Below, piece after piece: positions 1 through 10,037 of a stretch of DNA of 64,000 nt. Origin of the DNA: an uncultured delta proteobacterium (lineage in GTDB: Bacteria > Desulfobacterota > Binatia > Binatales > Binataceae). How positions within the stretch are numbered: the first letter of the stretch is position 1; each line of letters opens with the position of its first letter. The position numbers and the translations under genes are program-made. The stretch covers positions 1,056,001 to 1,120,000 of the forward strand of contig CAWEEQ010000004.1 of assembly GCA_963808235.1 (NCBI GenBank), read 5' to 3'. The notes beneath the pieces are model-generated. The model saw only the letters and a list, made by a program, of their open reading frames with translations, was not told the origin of the DNA and searched no databases.

Positions 1-24
1 GTCCGGAGACGGCATCACCTGTCA

Positions 25-687
25 TTATTTTTTGCGCACGATCGTGAGGCCGTCGGCGATTCCGAGCATCACCGCTTCGACCCGGGTGTCCTTCGCGACG
101 AAGTCGTTGACCGCGCGCAGCGCGAGAGTGTTTTCGTCCTTTTTGGATTCATCGATGATCGCGCCGCTCCACAACACGTTGTCCAACAAGATGAGCCCGT
201 CCGGACGCATGCGTCTCAGTATTTCCTCGTAATAGACCAGGTAGTTCGATTTGTCGGCGTCGATGAATGCGAAGTCGAAGGTGTGCGACGCGGGCAGCGC
301 CTTCAGGGTGTCGGCGGCGGGCGCGAGCTTGAGCGTGATCTTGTTCGCGACTCCGGCGCGTTCCCAGTAGCGGCGTGCGACGCTGGTCCATTCTTCGTTC
401 ACGTCGCAGCAGAGCATCCGGCCGTCCGCGGGGATCGCGCGCGCCACGCAGAGCGCGCTGTAGCCGGTGAAGGTGCCGACCTCGACCGCCGAGCGTGCGC
501 CGATCGCGGCCGCCAGGATCGCCATGAAGGTTCCCTGCTCGGCGGCAATTTGCATCCCGGCGATTGCTCCGAGTTTCGCCGTTTCGATTGCGAGTTCCGC
601 GCGGATCGGATCGCCATTATGGCCGTGCGCGACGGCGTATTCGTAGAGTTTCGGCGTTAACGCGACAAATTTCAGGTGTTCTGCCAT
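25..687 (-). CDS. SAM-dependent O-methyltransferase (caffeoyl-CoA OMT-like)
   Basis: EVGTFTGYSAL, FDFAFIDADK and LLDNVLWSG motifs. Confidence 0.9.
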   Translation of the reverse strand: MAEHLKFVALTPKLYEYAVAHGHNGDPIRAELAIETAKLGAIAGMQIAAEQGTFMAILAAAIGARSAVEVGTFTGYSALCVARAIPADGRMLCCDVNEEWTSVARRYWERAGVANKITLKLAPAADTLKALPASHTFDFAFIDADKSNYLVYYEEILRRMRPDGLILLDNVLWSGAIIDESKKDENTLALRAVNDFVAKDTRVEAVMLGIADGLTIVRKK

Positions 688-726
688 GCGGCTAACATGG
701 CAGGAAGGAAGGTTTCAGAAAAGTGC

Positions 727-2004
727 TTAGCGGCCGCCCAGGTACGCGAAGTCGCCGTGCTGGTTCACGGTCAGCGTGCCGGTGAAGATCGAGTGATGCT
801 TCGACGGAGCCAGCGCGATTCGATAGATCAGTTCGGGCTCGCCCACTTCGAAGAACGCGTCGTCGCCGGACAGGACGAAGAGTTTTTCGTGATCGTCGGA
901 ATCGGTCGCGCCGACGAACATCGCGCCTGACCCGGTGAGGACTGGGTCCCCTAGCGACTCGAGTTCAGTGCCGAAAGGTGTGAGCTGGCCGCGCTGAATC
1001 CGCAGATCGAGGCGCTGGCTCCTCAGCCGGAAGATCGCCGGCGTGTGAGCGCATCCCGCGAGCACCGCGGTTGTTCCATCAGCCATCAGGCCCGGTCGTC
1101 CCGGTGACAGATATGTTACCGGACCGAGCGAAGTCAGAGTGCCGGTCGGCAGTACTCGAGCCATCGAACCGCCGCTATAAACGAACAGCGCGGCGCCGCT
1201 TGGCGATTTTGCCGTGAACGCGACCAACGTACCGAGTGGTGAAGGCAGTGCGGCCGGCAATCCGAACGGCCGCTGGTAGAGCGTATGATTCGGTCCGTAT
1301 TCTCCCTCGACCGCAAGCTCGCTAACGCCGTGGGCCGGAGTGGCCATCAGAAGGGCCTGCCGATGCCCGGCAGTTGATCCCTTCGACTCACCGAGAAACG
1401 CGTTGAACACGACCTGGCCACCGTCGCCCATTTGCGGGCTGCCGAAGCTGAGGACGGCCATCTCGTGTCCTTCGTTGGTCTCGGTGCCGGCCTTCGCCAG
1501 GCAATTGAGGACGCCGTGTGAGTAGAAGAACAATGCGTCGCGGCCATGCGGAACCGTCGACATGAAGGCAATATTTCCGTCCATGTCGGCGACTGGGTAC
1601 GGATCGCCTTTGAACGCCGGTATGCAATCGCCGACGAAGGATTTGGGATTGAGCGCGGTGATTACGCGATGGCTCGGAACGGCGTCGGCATTGCCGATGA
1701 AGATGTTCCAGCGCGGTTTCAGGTTCGGTTCTTTCGGCTGAGTCTCGGCGCCGAAGATCACGCGCCCGTCAGGCATCATCGCGGGCACGCCGACCTCGGT
1801 TACCATGGCGCCGTCGCGCATACGCATCCCGATTTCTGTGATCAGCGTCGGAACGCCATTGCTATCGCTGGCGTAGACCGCTTGCGTGGCGTCCATCTGC
1901 AGGTTGGCGCTGGTTCCATTGAGACTCAGCGAGACTGCGTGCGCACTCAGCGGCGCGGCGAACACAATGGCGAATGCAGAAGCAAATGCCTTGAACTTCA
2001 TCAT
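727..2004 (-). CDS. Secreted protein with repeated GxVxF beta-strand units (beta-propeller-like)
   Basis: Signal peptide ending AHA; recurring DGRVIF/DGNIAF/GGQVVF/HGDFAY units. Confidence 0.6.
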   Translation of the reverse strand: MMKFKAFASAFAIVFAAPLSAHAVSLSLNGTSANLQMDATQAVYASDSNGVPTLITEIGMRMRDGAMVTEVGVPAMMPDGRVIFGAETQPKEPNLKPRWNIFIGNADAVPSHRVITALNPKSFVGDCIPAFKGDPYPVADMDGNIAFMSTVPHGRDALFFYSHGVLNCLAKAGTETNEGHEMAVLSFGSPQMGDGGQVVFNAFLGESKGSTAGHRQALLMATPAHGVSELAVEGEYGPNHTLYQRPFGLPAALPSPLGTLVAFTAKSPSGAALFVYSGGSMARVLPTGTLTSLGPVTYLSPGRPGLMADGTTAVLAGCAHTPAIFRLRSQRLDLRIQRGQLTPFGTELESLGDPVLTGSGAMFVGATDSDDHEKLFVLSGDDAFFEVGEPELIYRIALAPSKHHSIFTGTLTVNQHGDFAYLGGR

Positions 2005-2120
2005 TTTCCCCCCGCCCTTATCAGCAACTCGAATGCAAAGCCTCCGAAATTCTTATAGTCGCACGGGCCCGGGTGATGCAATGCAATAAAAACGCCAGGT
2101 TCATGGCTTGAGCCGGGAAC

Positions 2121-2576
2121 CTATATGCGAATTGAATCGAGCATCGCGCGCATCCGGACCGGATGCGTCTCGAGCCAGTAGATTCGGCCGCAGCCGTCGC
2201 ACTCGGCGAAGCGATCGTGACTCGCGAAGACATAAGGAGGTACCCGCCGGGCGATTAACTCGCGCGCGACCGGTAACAGAGGACGATTGCATCGCGAGCA
2301 TCGCGTCAGCGCGACCGTGCGCGCGTCGAGGCCGAGCCGCGCGACGACTTCGCGCAGTTGATCGCGAATCGCGTTGCTCCCGAGGAAAATCACGTCGCAT
2401 GCGGTGCGCAGCCGCTTGTCGCGCGTGATCAGGATTCTGTGCTCGGTGCGTGCAACTCTCAGCAGTTCGGCGCCGCTCATTGAGGAATCGGTGACCACGT
2501 CGGCGCCGAGCAATCGGAGCCATCGCGCGAGCCGCGCGAGCATTCGGTCGGTGGCGAGTTTGGGAGTTTCATCCAT
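2121..2576 (-). CDS. Mut7-C RNase (PIN-like) domain protein
   Basis: DRMLARLARWLRLLG, ILITRD, RCSRCN and CDGCGRIYW zinc-ribbon motifs. Confidence 0.88.
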   Translation of the reverse strand: MDETPKLATDRMLARLARWLRLLGADVVTDSSMSGAELLRVARTEHRILITRDKRLRTACDVIFLGSNAIRDQLREVVARLGLDARTVALTRCSRCNRPLLPVARELIARRVPPYVFASHDRFAECDGCGRIYWLETHPVRMRAMLDSIRI

Positions 2577-2664
2577 CGCGATGGACTGTAGTATATCAGC
2601 GAATTAACAAAAACCGTGTTTCGGATAATATAAAGTGACAGTTTAAGTTTTGAGGGAAAGCGCG

Positions 2665-3291
2665 ATGGATGAAAAGCAGGTCAAGTTTCGATCCGGCGAT
2701 CTGACTTTGGAAGGCCTGCTCGCGACTCGCGAGGGCGACGCGCCCGGGGCGGTCGTGTGTCATCCGCATCCGATGTACGGCGGTTCGATGTTCAACAACG
2801 TCGTCGACGCGATCCTGGCAGCGATGTGGCAATCGGGGTACGCGACCTTGCGCTTCAATTTTCGCGGCGTCGGCGCGAGTGAAGGGGAGCACGACGGAGA
2901 CGGCGGCGAAGTCGACGATGCGCGCGCCGCGATGGCCTTCATCCTCATGCAGCCGGGCGTGCGCAAGGACGCCGCGGTGATGGCGGGGTACTCATTCGGC
3001 GCGATGGTCGCGGTGCGCGCCGGCTACAACGACGCGCAAACGTCGCGGATCGTCGCAGTAGCGCTGCCGCTCGGGATGACGCAGACGCAGGTGCCCGCGG
3101 ACGCATCGAAGCCGATCCTGCTGGTTTCGGGAGATCGCGATACTTACTCGCCGGTTGCGCCGCTGACGACACTACAAACCAGGATCGGAAAGTCTGCGCG
3201 GCTGGAGATCATCAAGGGTGCCGATCATTTTTTTGGCGCGTTTGAAGCCGAACTATCTCGAACGATCGCCTCCGCGCTGCGACCTCAATGA
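2665..3291 (+). CDS. Alpha/beta hydrolase
   Basis: CHPHPMYGGSM, RFNFRGVG, GYSFG nucleophile elbow, GADHFF. Confidence 0.9.
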   Translation: MDEKQVKFRSGDLTLEGLLATREGDAPGAVVCHPHPMYGGSMFNNVVDAILAAMWQSGYATLRFNFRGVGASEGEHDGDGGEVDDARAAMAFILMQPGVRKDAAVMAGYSFGAMVAVRAGYNDAQTSRIVAVALPLGMTQTQVPADASKPILLVSGDRDTYSPVAPLTTLQTRIGKSARLEIIKGADHFFGAFEAELSRTIASALRPQ

Positions 3292-4394
3292 CTCGCAGGT
3301 GCGGGCGCGTTCTGGACTACCTGCCAGATCGCATAGAACGGAAAGTCGGGATGCGCCTTGGCGATTGAGATTATCTGCTCGATCGTCGCGCGCAGATCGC
3401 CATGATTCATCCGGTCGAGTGCGGCGAGATTATCGGTATCGTGGAAATAGATAAGGTAGTTCACCAGCACAGCGTTATTCAGCGGCTCCTTGTCGAGATC
3501 GAACCGCTCCAGACCCGACAGTGAGGGTTCGAGTGCCGCGTAGTCTTTCTGGATTGCTGCAAAGGCGGCCTCGCGGCGCTTGCGCTTCTCAGCTTTCGAA
3601 AGATCGCTCACGTAGATATCGAGCAGGCGCGCCTGCTCCTGCAAAAGGAAGCGTGCGAACTTGAGATCGCTATCGAGAACCTCGCGCGCGGCAATCGTAT
3701 CGGGCGCGGAATTGCCCTCCGTCGCCGCGAAGAATGCTACCGCGCCCGCGCTGCCGACATAGGTCGCCGCCGATTCGTTGAACATCGCGTCGCTCGGCAG
3801 ATAGTAGGTGCGATGAAACAGCTCGTGGATGAGCACGCCGGCGAGCTCGACGCGGCTCAGCTTGAGCAAATTAGTAAGCACCGGATCGCTGAAGAAGCCG
3901 AGACTCGAGAACGCGACCGCAGGCCGGATCATCGTGTCGAGTCCGTTAGCCTCCAGCGCCTGAGCTTCCGCGCTCGCTTCAGTCGCGTCGAAGTAGCCGC
4001 GATAAGGCACCCGGCCGACGATCGGGAACCACCATGTGTACGGCTCGAGTGAATCGCGCGGCGCCGCCATCACGACGTGGATCACAGCGCGTTGATCGAC
4101 CGGTGCGAAGCTCCGATAAGCTCCACCGACATTGAGGTCGAGTTGTTCGGCTGCAAACTTGCGCACCGCAAGCACGGTCTCGAGCTTGGCGCGAACGTCT
4201 TCGGACAGATCCTTTCGCGCGAGCGCGTCGTCAATCGGCTTACGCTGCCATAGAATGCGGCCTTCCTCGTACGCAGCACGCGCGAGGTACCCGACGTAGC
4301 ATCCGCTGAGCGCAATCGGCGCGAGCAAAATCCCGAGCGCTATTGCGAACAGTCGAGCCTGCGCCGAAGCGCGTCGGCGCATCATGCGCTCCAC
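3285..4394 (-). CDS. Putative zinc aminopeptidase lipoprotein
   Basis: LSGC lipobox; WWFPIVGRVPYRGYF; HELFH zinc motif; FNESAA. Confidence 0.85.
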   Translation of the reverse strand: MERMMRRRASAQARLFAIALGILLAPIALSGCYVGYLARAAYEEGRILWQRKPIDDALARKDLSEDVRAKLETVLAVRKFAAEQLDLNVGGAYRSFAPVDQRAVIHVVMAAPRDSLEPYTWWFPIVGRVPYRGYFDATEASAEAQALEANGLDTMIRPAVAFSSLGFFSDPVLTNLLKLSRVELAGVLIHELFHRTYYLPSDAMFNESAATYVGSAGAVAFFAATEGNSAPDTIAAREVLDSDLKFARFLLQEQARLLDIYVSDLSKAEKRKRREAAFAAIQKDYAALEPSLSGLERFDLDKEPLNNAVLVNYLIYFHDTDNLAALDRMNHGDLRATIEQIISIAKAHPDFPFYAIWQVVQNAPAPASH

Positions 4395-4405
4395 GACTTC
4401 CCGAG

Positions 4406-6247
4406 TCAGCCCGCCACGAGGCGGTCGTTGTTAGCCATCGCGGCGTACTGCAATTCAAACAGCCGGTAGTAGAGTCCGCGCTGCGCGAGGAGTTCGTCGT
4501 GAGTGCCGCTTTCGCGAAGTATGCCGCCGCCCAGCACCATGATGCGATCGGCGCGCTCGATGGTGGAGAGGCGATGCGCGATGACTACCGCCGTCCGGTC
4601 GGCCAGCAATTCGTTCAAGGCAAGCTGAATCAGGCGCTCGGTCTCGCTGTCCACGCTCGAGGTTGCCTCGTCCATCACGAGAATTCGCGGGTCGTAAGCG
4701 AGCGCCCGGGCAAACGAGAGGAGCTGCCGCTGACCCGCGGAAAGATTAGCGCCGCGCTCGCTGATCTCCTCGGCCAGTCCGTGCGGGAGCCTCTTCACGA
4801 ATCTGAGCGCTTGCGCACGGGTCAACGCGCTGGTCACTTCGCGCTCACCGAGCTCGGTCCGTGACAGCCGGATATTTTCCATCACGTCGCCTGCGAACAG
4901 AAATACGTCCTGCTGCACGTAGCCGATCTCGCGCCTCAATGCGGCCAGATCCCATTCGCGCACGTCGATTCCGTCGACCAGGATTCGCCCGCTGGTAACG
5001 TCGTACGAGCGATTCAGCAGCTTGATGATCGTGGTTTTTCCCGAGCCGGTGGCGCCGACGATTGCGATCTTCATCCCGGGGTCAACGGTGAAGCTCAAAT
5101 CGCGCAGCACCGGCTCGCCGCGTCTATATTCGAAAGTCACGTGGTCGAAAACAATCGCGCCCCGCGACTTGGCCGGTATCCTGGCAATAGCGGGAAGAGA
5201 GAGCGGCTTCTCAGACTGCATCAGCGCGTTGATTCTCTCGATCGAAGCCAGCCCGGATTGGAGTGCGGCGTACTTGGTCGAGATTTCGCGCAGCGGCATG
5301 AAGAATTGCTGTGCGTACTGAATGAAGGCAATCAGGGTGCCCAGCGTGACCGCCCGGCGTATCACGCTGCCGCCGCCAACCCAGAGAATAACCGCGATCG
5401 TGATCGAGCTGACCGCCTCGACCGAAGAGAACTGGGCGGCCTCATAGACGTTACCCATCATCTGCGCGTCGCGGGCACGGATGTTGAGCGCATCGAACTC
5501 CCGGCGGCTTTCGCGTTCGCGGGTAAAAAGCTGCACGACGATCATGCCCGCCAGCGATTCCGACAGATACGCGTTGAGGGCCGCCAGACGGTCGCGAATC
5601 TGCCCGTAGATGATCCGCGACTGGGCGGCCAGATAGTAAATAATCAGGGTGAGCGGCGGAATCGCGCACAGCGCCCACAGCGCGAGCCGGGGACTTTGCG
5701 TGAACATGATGGTCACGATTCCCGCCAGTTGCAGTCCGTCCATGAACAAGGTCAGCGAACCGGCCGCGAACATGTCGTTGATCGCATCGATGTCGGTGGT
5801 CATGCGGCTCACCAGCCGGCCGACCGGCGTGCGGTCGAAAAACGACATCGGTAGGCGCTCGACCTTGCCGAATAGTGCGAGGCGCAAGTCGGAGAGGCTG
5901 TATTGCGCGACCATCATCATCAGGTAGAACTGGCCATAGAAAAATCCGAACTCCCCAATCACCAACAGCAGATACAAAAGGCCCATCACGAACAGGCCGT
6001 GTCCGCCTGACGCTTTGAAGAGTACCGCGAGCCACGCCGGCGGCGTCGCGCCGTGCTTGCCGGAAAGGAATTCGTCGACTGTCAGCTTGATGATGTAAGG
6101 CTGTGCGAGCAGGAAACATATATCCAGCGGCATCATCACCACCGAGGCCCAGAACAGCCGCCGGTACGGACGCACGAATTGCCACACCCATCGCAGCAAT
6201 GCGGTGTCGTAGATTTTGACCAGCGCTTGTTCTTCGGCGACCTGCAT
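4406..6247 (-). CDS. ABC exporter, fused permease/ATPase (MdlB-like)
   Basis: TM domain; GATGSGKT; degenerate LSAGQ signature; DEATSS. Confidence 0.92.
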   Translation of the reverse strand: MQVAEEQALVKIYDTALLRWVWQFVRPYRRLFWASVVMMPLDICFLLAQPYIIKLTVDEFLSGKHGATPPAWLAVLFKASGGHGLFVMGLLYLLLVIGEFGFFYGQFYLMMMVAQYSLSDLRLALFGKVERLPMSFFDRTPVGRLVSRMTTDIDAINDMFAAGSLTLFMDGLQLAGIVTIMFTQSPRLALWALCAIPPLTLIIYYLAAQSRIIYGQIRDRLAALNAYLSESLAGMIVVQLFTRERESRREFDALNIRARDAQMMGNVYEAAQFSSVEAVSSITIAVILWVGGGSVIRRAVTLGTLIAFIQYAQQFFMPLREISTKYAALQSGLASIERINALMQSEKPLSLPAIARIPAKSRGAIVFDHVTFEYRRGEPVLRDLSFTVDPGMKIAIVGATGSGKTTIIKLLNRSYDVTSGRILVDGIDVREWDLAALRREIGYVQQDVFLFAGDVMENIRLSRTELGEREVTSALTRAQALRFVKRLPHGLAEEISERGANLSAGQRQLLSFARALAYDPRILVMDEATSSVDSETERLIQLALNELLADRTAVVIAHRLSTIERADRIMVLGGGILRESGTHDELLAQRGLYYRLFELQYAAMANNDRLVAG

Positions 6248-6249
6248 CG

Positions 6250-8004
6250 TCAGTACCGGGTCAATTCCTCTTCGAGCAACTGGCGGCGGAACAACTCAGC
6301 GTAGATTCCGTGCCGGCCCATCAGCTCCTCATGGGTGCCGCGCTCCGCAATCTCTCCGTCTTCGAGCACGACTATCTGATCGGAATCGCGCACCGTGGAC
6401 GCGCGATGCGCCACCACGATGGTCGTGCGCCCCTGCACACTTTGCTCCAGGCTCTCCAGCACCGCCTTCTCGGTTTCGGTATCGACGCTCGAAAGCGCGT
6501 CGTCCAGCACCACGATTGCGGGGTTGTAGGCGAGCAGTCTCGCGATAGTCACGCGTTGCTTCTGTCCGCCGGAGAGCGACATTCCGCGTTCGCCGACAAT
6601 CGTGTCGTAGCCGTGCGCCAGCGTCGCGATGTCCGGTTCAAGGCCTGCGATCTGTGCCGCCTGCTGAATGTCGCTCGGTTCGGCGTCAACTTTGCCGAAC
6701 GCGATGTTGCGCGCGAGCGTATCGGAAAAAAGCGTAGGCTCCTGCGGGACCATCCCGACCGTCCGCCGCAACGCGCCCAGCGGCAACTCGTGAACGTCGC
6801 GGCCGTCGAGCATCACGCGTCCCTCAGTCGGTTGGAGCAGACGGACGAGCAGCTTCACCATCGTGGATTTTCCCGATCCGGTGCGGCCCACGATCGCCAA
6901 CTTCTCGCCTGCGCCCACCTTCACGTTGATGTTCTTGAGCGCGTAGGGAATTTTGCCATTGCTTCCATCGCCGTCGCCCGCGAAATAGCTGAACGAAACG
7001 TTTTTCCATTCGATCGCGCCGTTCACCACCAGCTTAAGGTCGCTTCCCGCGATGCTGTCTGCGCCGCGCGCGTCGAAGATCTCGTCGAGCCGTTTCATCG
7101 ACGCTTTGCCGCGCTGATATATGGAGAGCATCCAGCCGAGCGAAATCGTCGGCCACGCGAGTTGTCCTAGGTAGCTTAGAAACGCAACCAGCGAGCCGAG
7201 CGACAAGCGCCCATTGATCACCAATGACCCGCCGTATATCAGCACGATCATGGTCGCGCATGCCGACGCGCCGCGGATCATCGGCATCATCGCGCCGCGC
7301 GTCCGCGCCAGCGCCAGCCCCGATTCGTTGTAGGTGTCGTTGATCTTGCGGAACAGTCCCGCCTCGTGCTCTTCGAGCGTGTAGGCTTTTACGACGTGGA
7401 TGCCCGCCAGGCTCTCCTGGACTTTCGCGCCAATCGCGGCGAGGCCTTCCTGGACCTTCAGACTGCGCACCATCATCGCGCGCATCAAAAAAAAGCGGAT
7501 ACCGACAAAGAGCACCAGGTACGGAATGATCGCGAAGAAGGTAAGGCGCCCGTTGAGCGAAGTCATGAATATGAGCGCGAGACCATATATCAGAGGCGTG
7601 TTCGCGATCGTCAACACGAACATCCCGACCATCATTCGCACCGCCGCCAGGTCGTTGATCATCCGCGACATCAGGTCGCCGGTCTTGAAGCGCTGGTAGA
7701 AATCGGCGTTGAGGGTGGTCAGATGCTCGAACAGATCGTTGCGTAGATCGTATTCGATGTCGCGCCCGATATTGAAAATGACGAATCGCGAGAACCATCG
7801 CACGATTCCCAAAACGACCGCGAAGGCGATCATCAGTTCGCTGTAGTACACGACGCGGTCCATACGGTCGGCGCTCATCGCATTGATCGCGTTGCGCAGA
7901 AAGAGCGGGATGACCATAGCGAGCGTCCCGGTTGCGAACGTGCACCCGATTCCGAACGCGTAACGCAGCCAGTAGCGGCGCATGTAGGACAGCAGTCGTT
8001 TCAT
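6250..8004 (-). CDS. ABC exporter, fused permease/ATPase (MdlA-like)
   Basis: TM domain; GRTGSGKS; LSGGQ; LDDALS. Likely heterodimer partner of the adjacent gene. Confidence 0.92.
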   Translation of the reverse strand: MKRLLSYMRRYWLRYAFGIGCTFATGTLAMVIPLFLRNAINAMSADRMDRVVYYSELMIAFAVVLGIVRWFSRFVIFNIGRDIEYDLRNDLFEHLTTLNADFYQRFKTGDLMSRMINDLAAVRMMVGMFVLTIANTPLIYGLALIFMTSLNGRLTFFAIIPYLVLFVGIRFFLMRAMMVRSLKVQEGLAAIGAKVQESLAGIHVVKAYTLEEHEAGLFRKINDTYNESGLALARTRGAMMPMIRGASACATMIVLIYGGSLVINGRLSLGSLVAFLSYLGQLAWPTISLGWMLSIYQRGKASMKRLDEIFDARGADSIAGSDLKLVVNGAIEWKNVSFSYFAGDGDGSNGKIPYALKNINVKVGAGEKLAIVGRTGSGKSTMVKLLVRLLQPTEGRVMLDGRDVHELPLGALRRTVGMVPQEPTLFSDTLARNIAFGKVDAEPSDIQQAAQIAGLEPDIATLAHGYDTIVGERGMSLSGGQKQRVTIARLLAYNPAIVVLDDALSSVDTETEKAVLESLEQSVQGRTTIVVAHRASTVRDSDQIVVLEDGEIAERGTHEELMGRHGIYAELFRRQLLEEELTRY

Positions 8005-8051
8005 GGGCAGTGCACTAAACTATCAGGTCTGACGCGCGAGAAAAGACTGGC

Positions 8052-8813
8052 TCAAAGCGCATCGCGCGATTTCAGCCGGCGTTCGTAGAGCTTCGCGTAT
8101 TTCAAAAATACATAGAACGCCGCCGCCATCGAAGCGTACAAACCGCGGCCGCCGTCGCGAAAGCCGCCGCGAATAAAATAAAAATTGAAAAAGCGCCAGC
8201 ACGGATTTGCGAACATCTTGAACGCGGTCATCGCCGTCGGCTCCTGCTCCAATGCGGCGCGCGAGCTGAAGCGGTTCATCGTAGCGACGTGATCTGAGAT
8301 GTCTCGATAGCTGAAGTGCAGGATCGGATGATCGAGACGCTCGACGCGTCCTTCGACCACCACCTTGTCGTGAGGATCGCGGCCGCCGATATGCCCACGA
8401 TCGCGCCGGAACAATCGCACCGGCGTGTCGGGATAAATGTTGTGCGCGTAGTAGTGGCCGAGGTGATAAAGGATGCGCCGAATCCGGTAGCCGTCGGCCG
8501 GCGCCGGCGACGATACCGCGCGAATGATTTCCTCGCCCAGATCGTGCGTCGCCTGCTCGTCGGCATCCATCAGCAGCACCCAGTCGCCGGTTGCGCGATC
8601 GAGCGCCATCTGCTTCTGCATCACATAGTTGGTGAACTCGTGCTGAATGACGTTGGCGCCGAGGTCGCGCACGATGTCGACGGTCTTATCGGTCGAAAAC
8701 GAATCGATCACGATCTTCTCGTCGCAGAACCACGCGCTCTTCAAGCACTGGCCGATCAGCGCTTCTTCATCGCGAGTGATCGTGATCAGCGAAATCTTTG
8801 GACGGTCGGGCAT
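8052..8813 (-). CDS. Glycosyltransferase family 2 (WaaE/KdtX-like)
   Basis: VIDSFSTDKT, WVLLMDADE, ILHFSY motifs. Confidence 0.88.
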   Translation of the reverse strand: MPDRPKISLITITRDEEALIGQCLKSAWFCDEKIVIDSFSTDKTVDIVRDLGANVIQHEFTNYVMQKQMALDRATGDWVLLMDADEQATHDLGEEIIRAVSSPAPADGYRIRRILYHLGHYYAHNIYPDTPVRLFRRDRGHIGGRDPHDKVVVEGRVERLDHPILHFSYRDISDHVATMNRFSSRAALEQEPTAMTAFKMFANPCWRFFNFYFIRGGFRDGGRGLYASMAAAFYVFLKYAKLYERRLKSRDAL

Positions 8814-8817
8814 CGGC

Positions 8818-9904
8818 TCAAACGCGCGTTGCTCCTTCGGGCGAGACGGTTTGCTTCGGACGATCCAGCTCCTCGATGACCTTCGCCGCGATCGACTGGA
8901 ATACGATGCTCACCGGATGCGTTGGGTTCGCCGCAACGATCGGACTCGCCTCATCGCCGCCCTCGCGAAGTTCGCGCACCAGTGGCAGCTCGCCCAGAAA
9001 CGGAACCCCGAGCGACTGCGCAAGCCGCTCGCCGCCGCCGTGCGCGAAAATTTCGTGGCGATGATTGCACTTGCGGCACTGGTAATAGCTCATGTTCTCG
9101 ACCACGCCGAGCACCGGCACGTGAACTTCCTCGAACATCGCAACTCCGCGCTTAACGTCGAGTAGCGCAATTTCCTGCGGCGTCGTTACGATCACTCCAC
9201 CGGCCAGCGACACCCGCTGCGTGATCGTCAACTGCGCGTCGCCGGTCCCCGGTGGCAGGTCGAGCACCAGGCAATCCAGCTCGCCCCATTCGACGTTGAA
9301 CAGGAACTCGGTCTCAAGCTTTGTGACCATCGGCCCGCGCCAGATGATCGCCGTCTCATCGTTGACGAACAGCGCCATCGAGATGTACCTGATGCCGAAA
9401 CGCTCGAGTGGAATGATCCGGCGCTCGGGCGTGAGCGTGACCGCCTTCTCGACGCCCGACCATCATCGCGACGCTCGGGCCGTAGACGTCTGCGTCCATC
9501 AAGCCGATCCGCCATCCGAGCGCACGCATCGCAAGCGCGAGATTCACCGCAACCGTCGACTTGCCGACTCCGCCCTTGCCGCTGGCGACTGCGACTATAT
9601 GCTTGACGCCGGCAATCGCTCGAGGTCCCGACATCGCGCCGGCCGCTTTGGGAGCCGTTTGCGAAGCCTGCTCGATCGCGACGTTGACCGCCGGCACGTT
9701 CGCCATCGCGCTCACTACCTGCTTGACCTCGGCAACGATTTTCTCGACGACATCCGGCTTCGCAGACGCAATCGTGAGCGTGACCGTGACGCTCGCATAG
9801 GCAACTTCGATATCTTTCACGATACCGAACGACACGATGTCGCGGGTGAAGCCCGGATACTTTACTTTCTTGAGCTCGGCGAGAATTTCATTGGGACTCG
9901 GCAT
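8818..9904 (-). CDS. mrp: Mrp/ApbC Fe-S cluster carrier ATPase, frameshifted near 9455
   Basis: [11 protein letters not shown] and DADVYGPS in one frame; [14 protein letters not shown] and ENMS in another. Confidence 0.88.
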
Positions 9905-10037
9905 CGTGCGGATTGGACCTGGCGTCTTTCGGTTTGGATGTGGCCGCGTTATGAAAGCCTGCGGCTCATGTTATCATTCCGGAACCTCCGGAAAAACGAC
10001 GCTCGGAGTCGTCGGGAAATCTATATCGAGTGAGAAA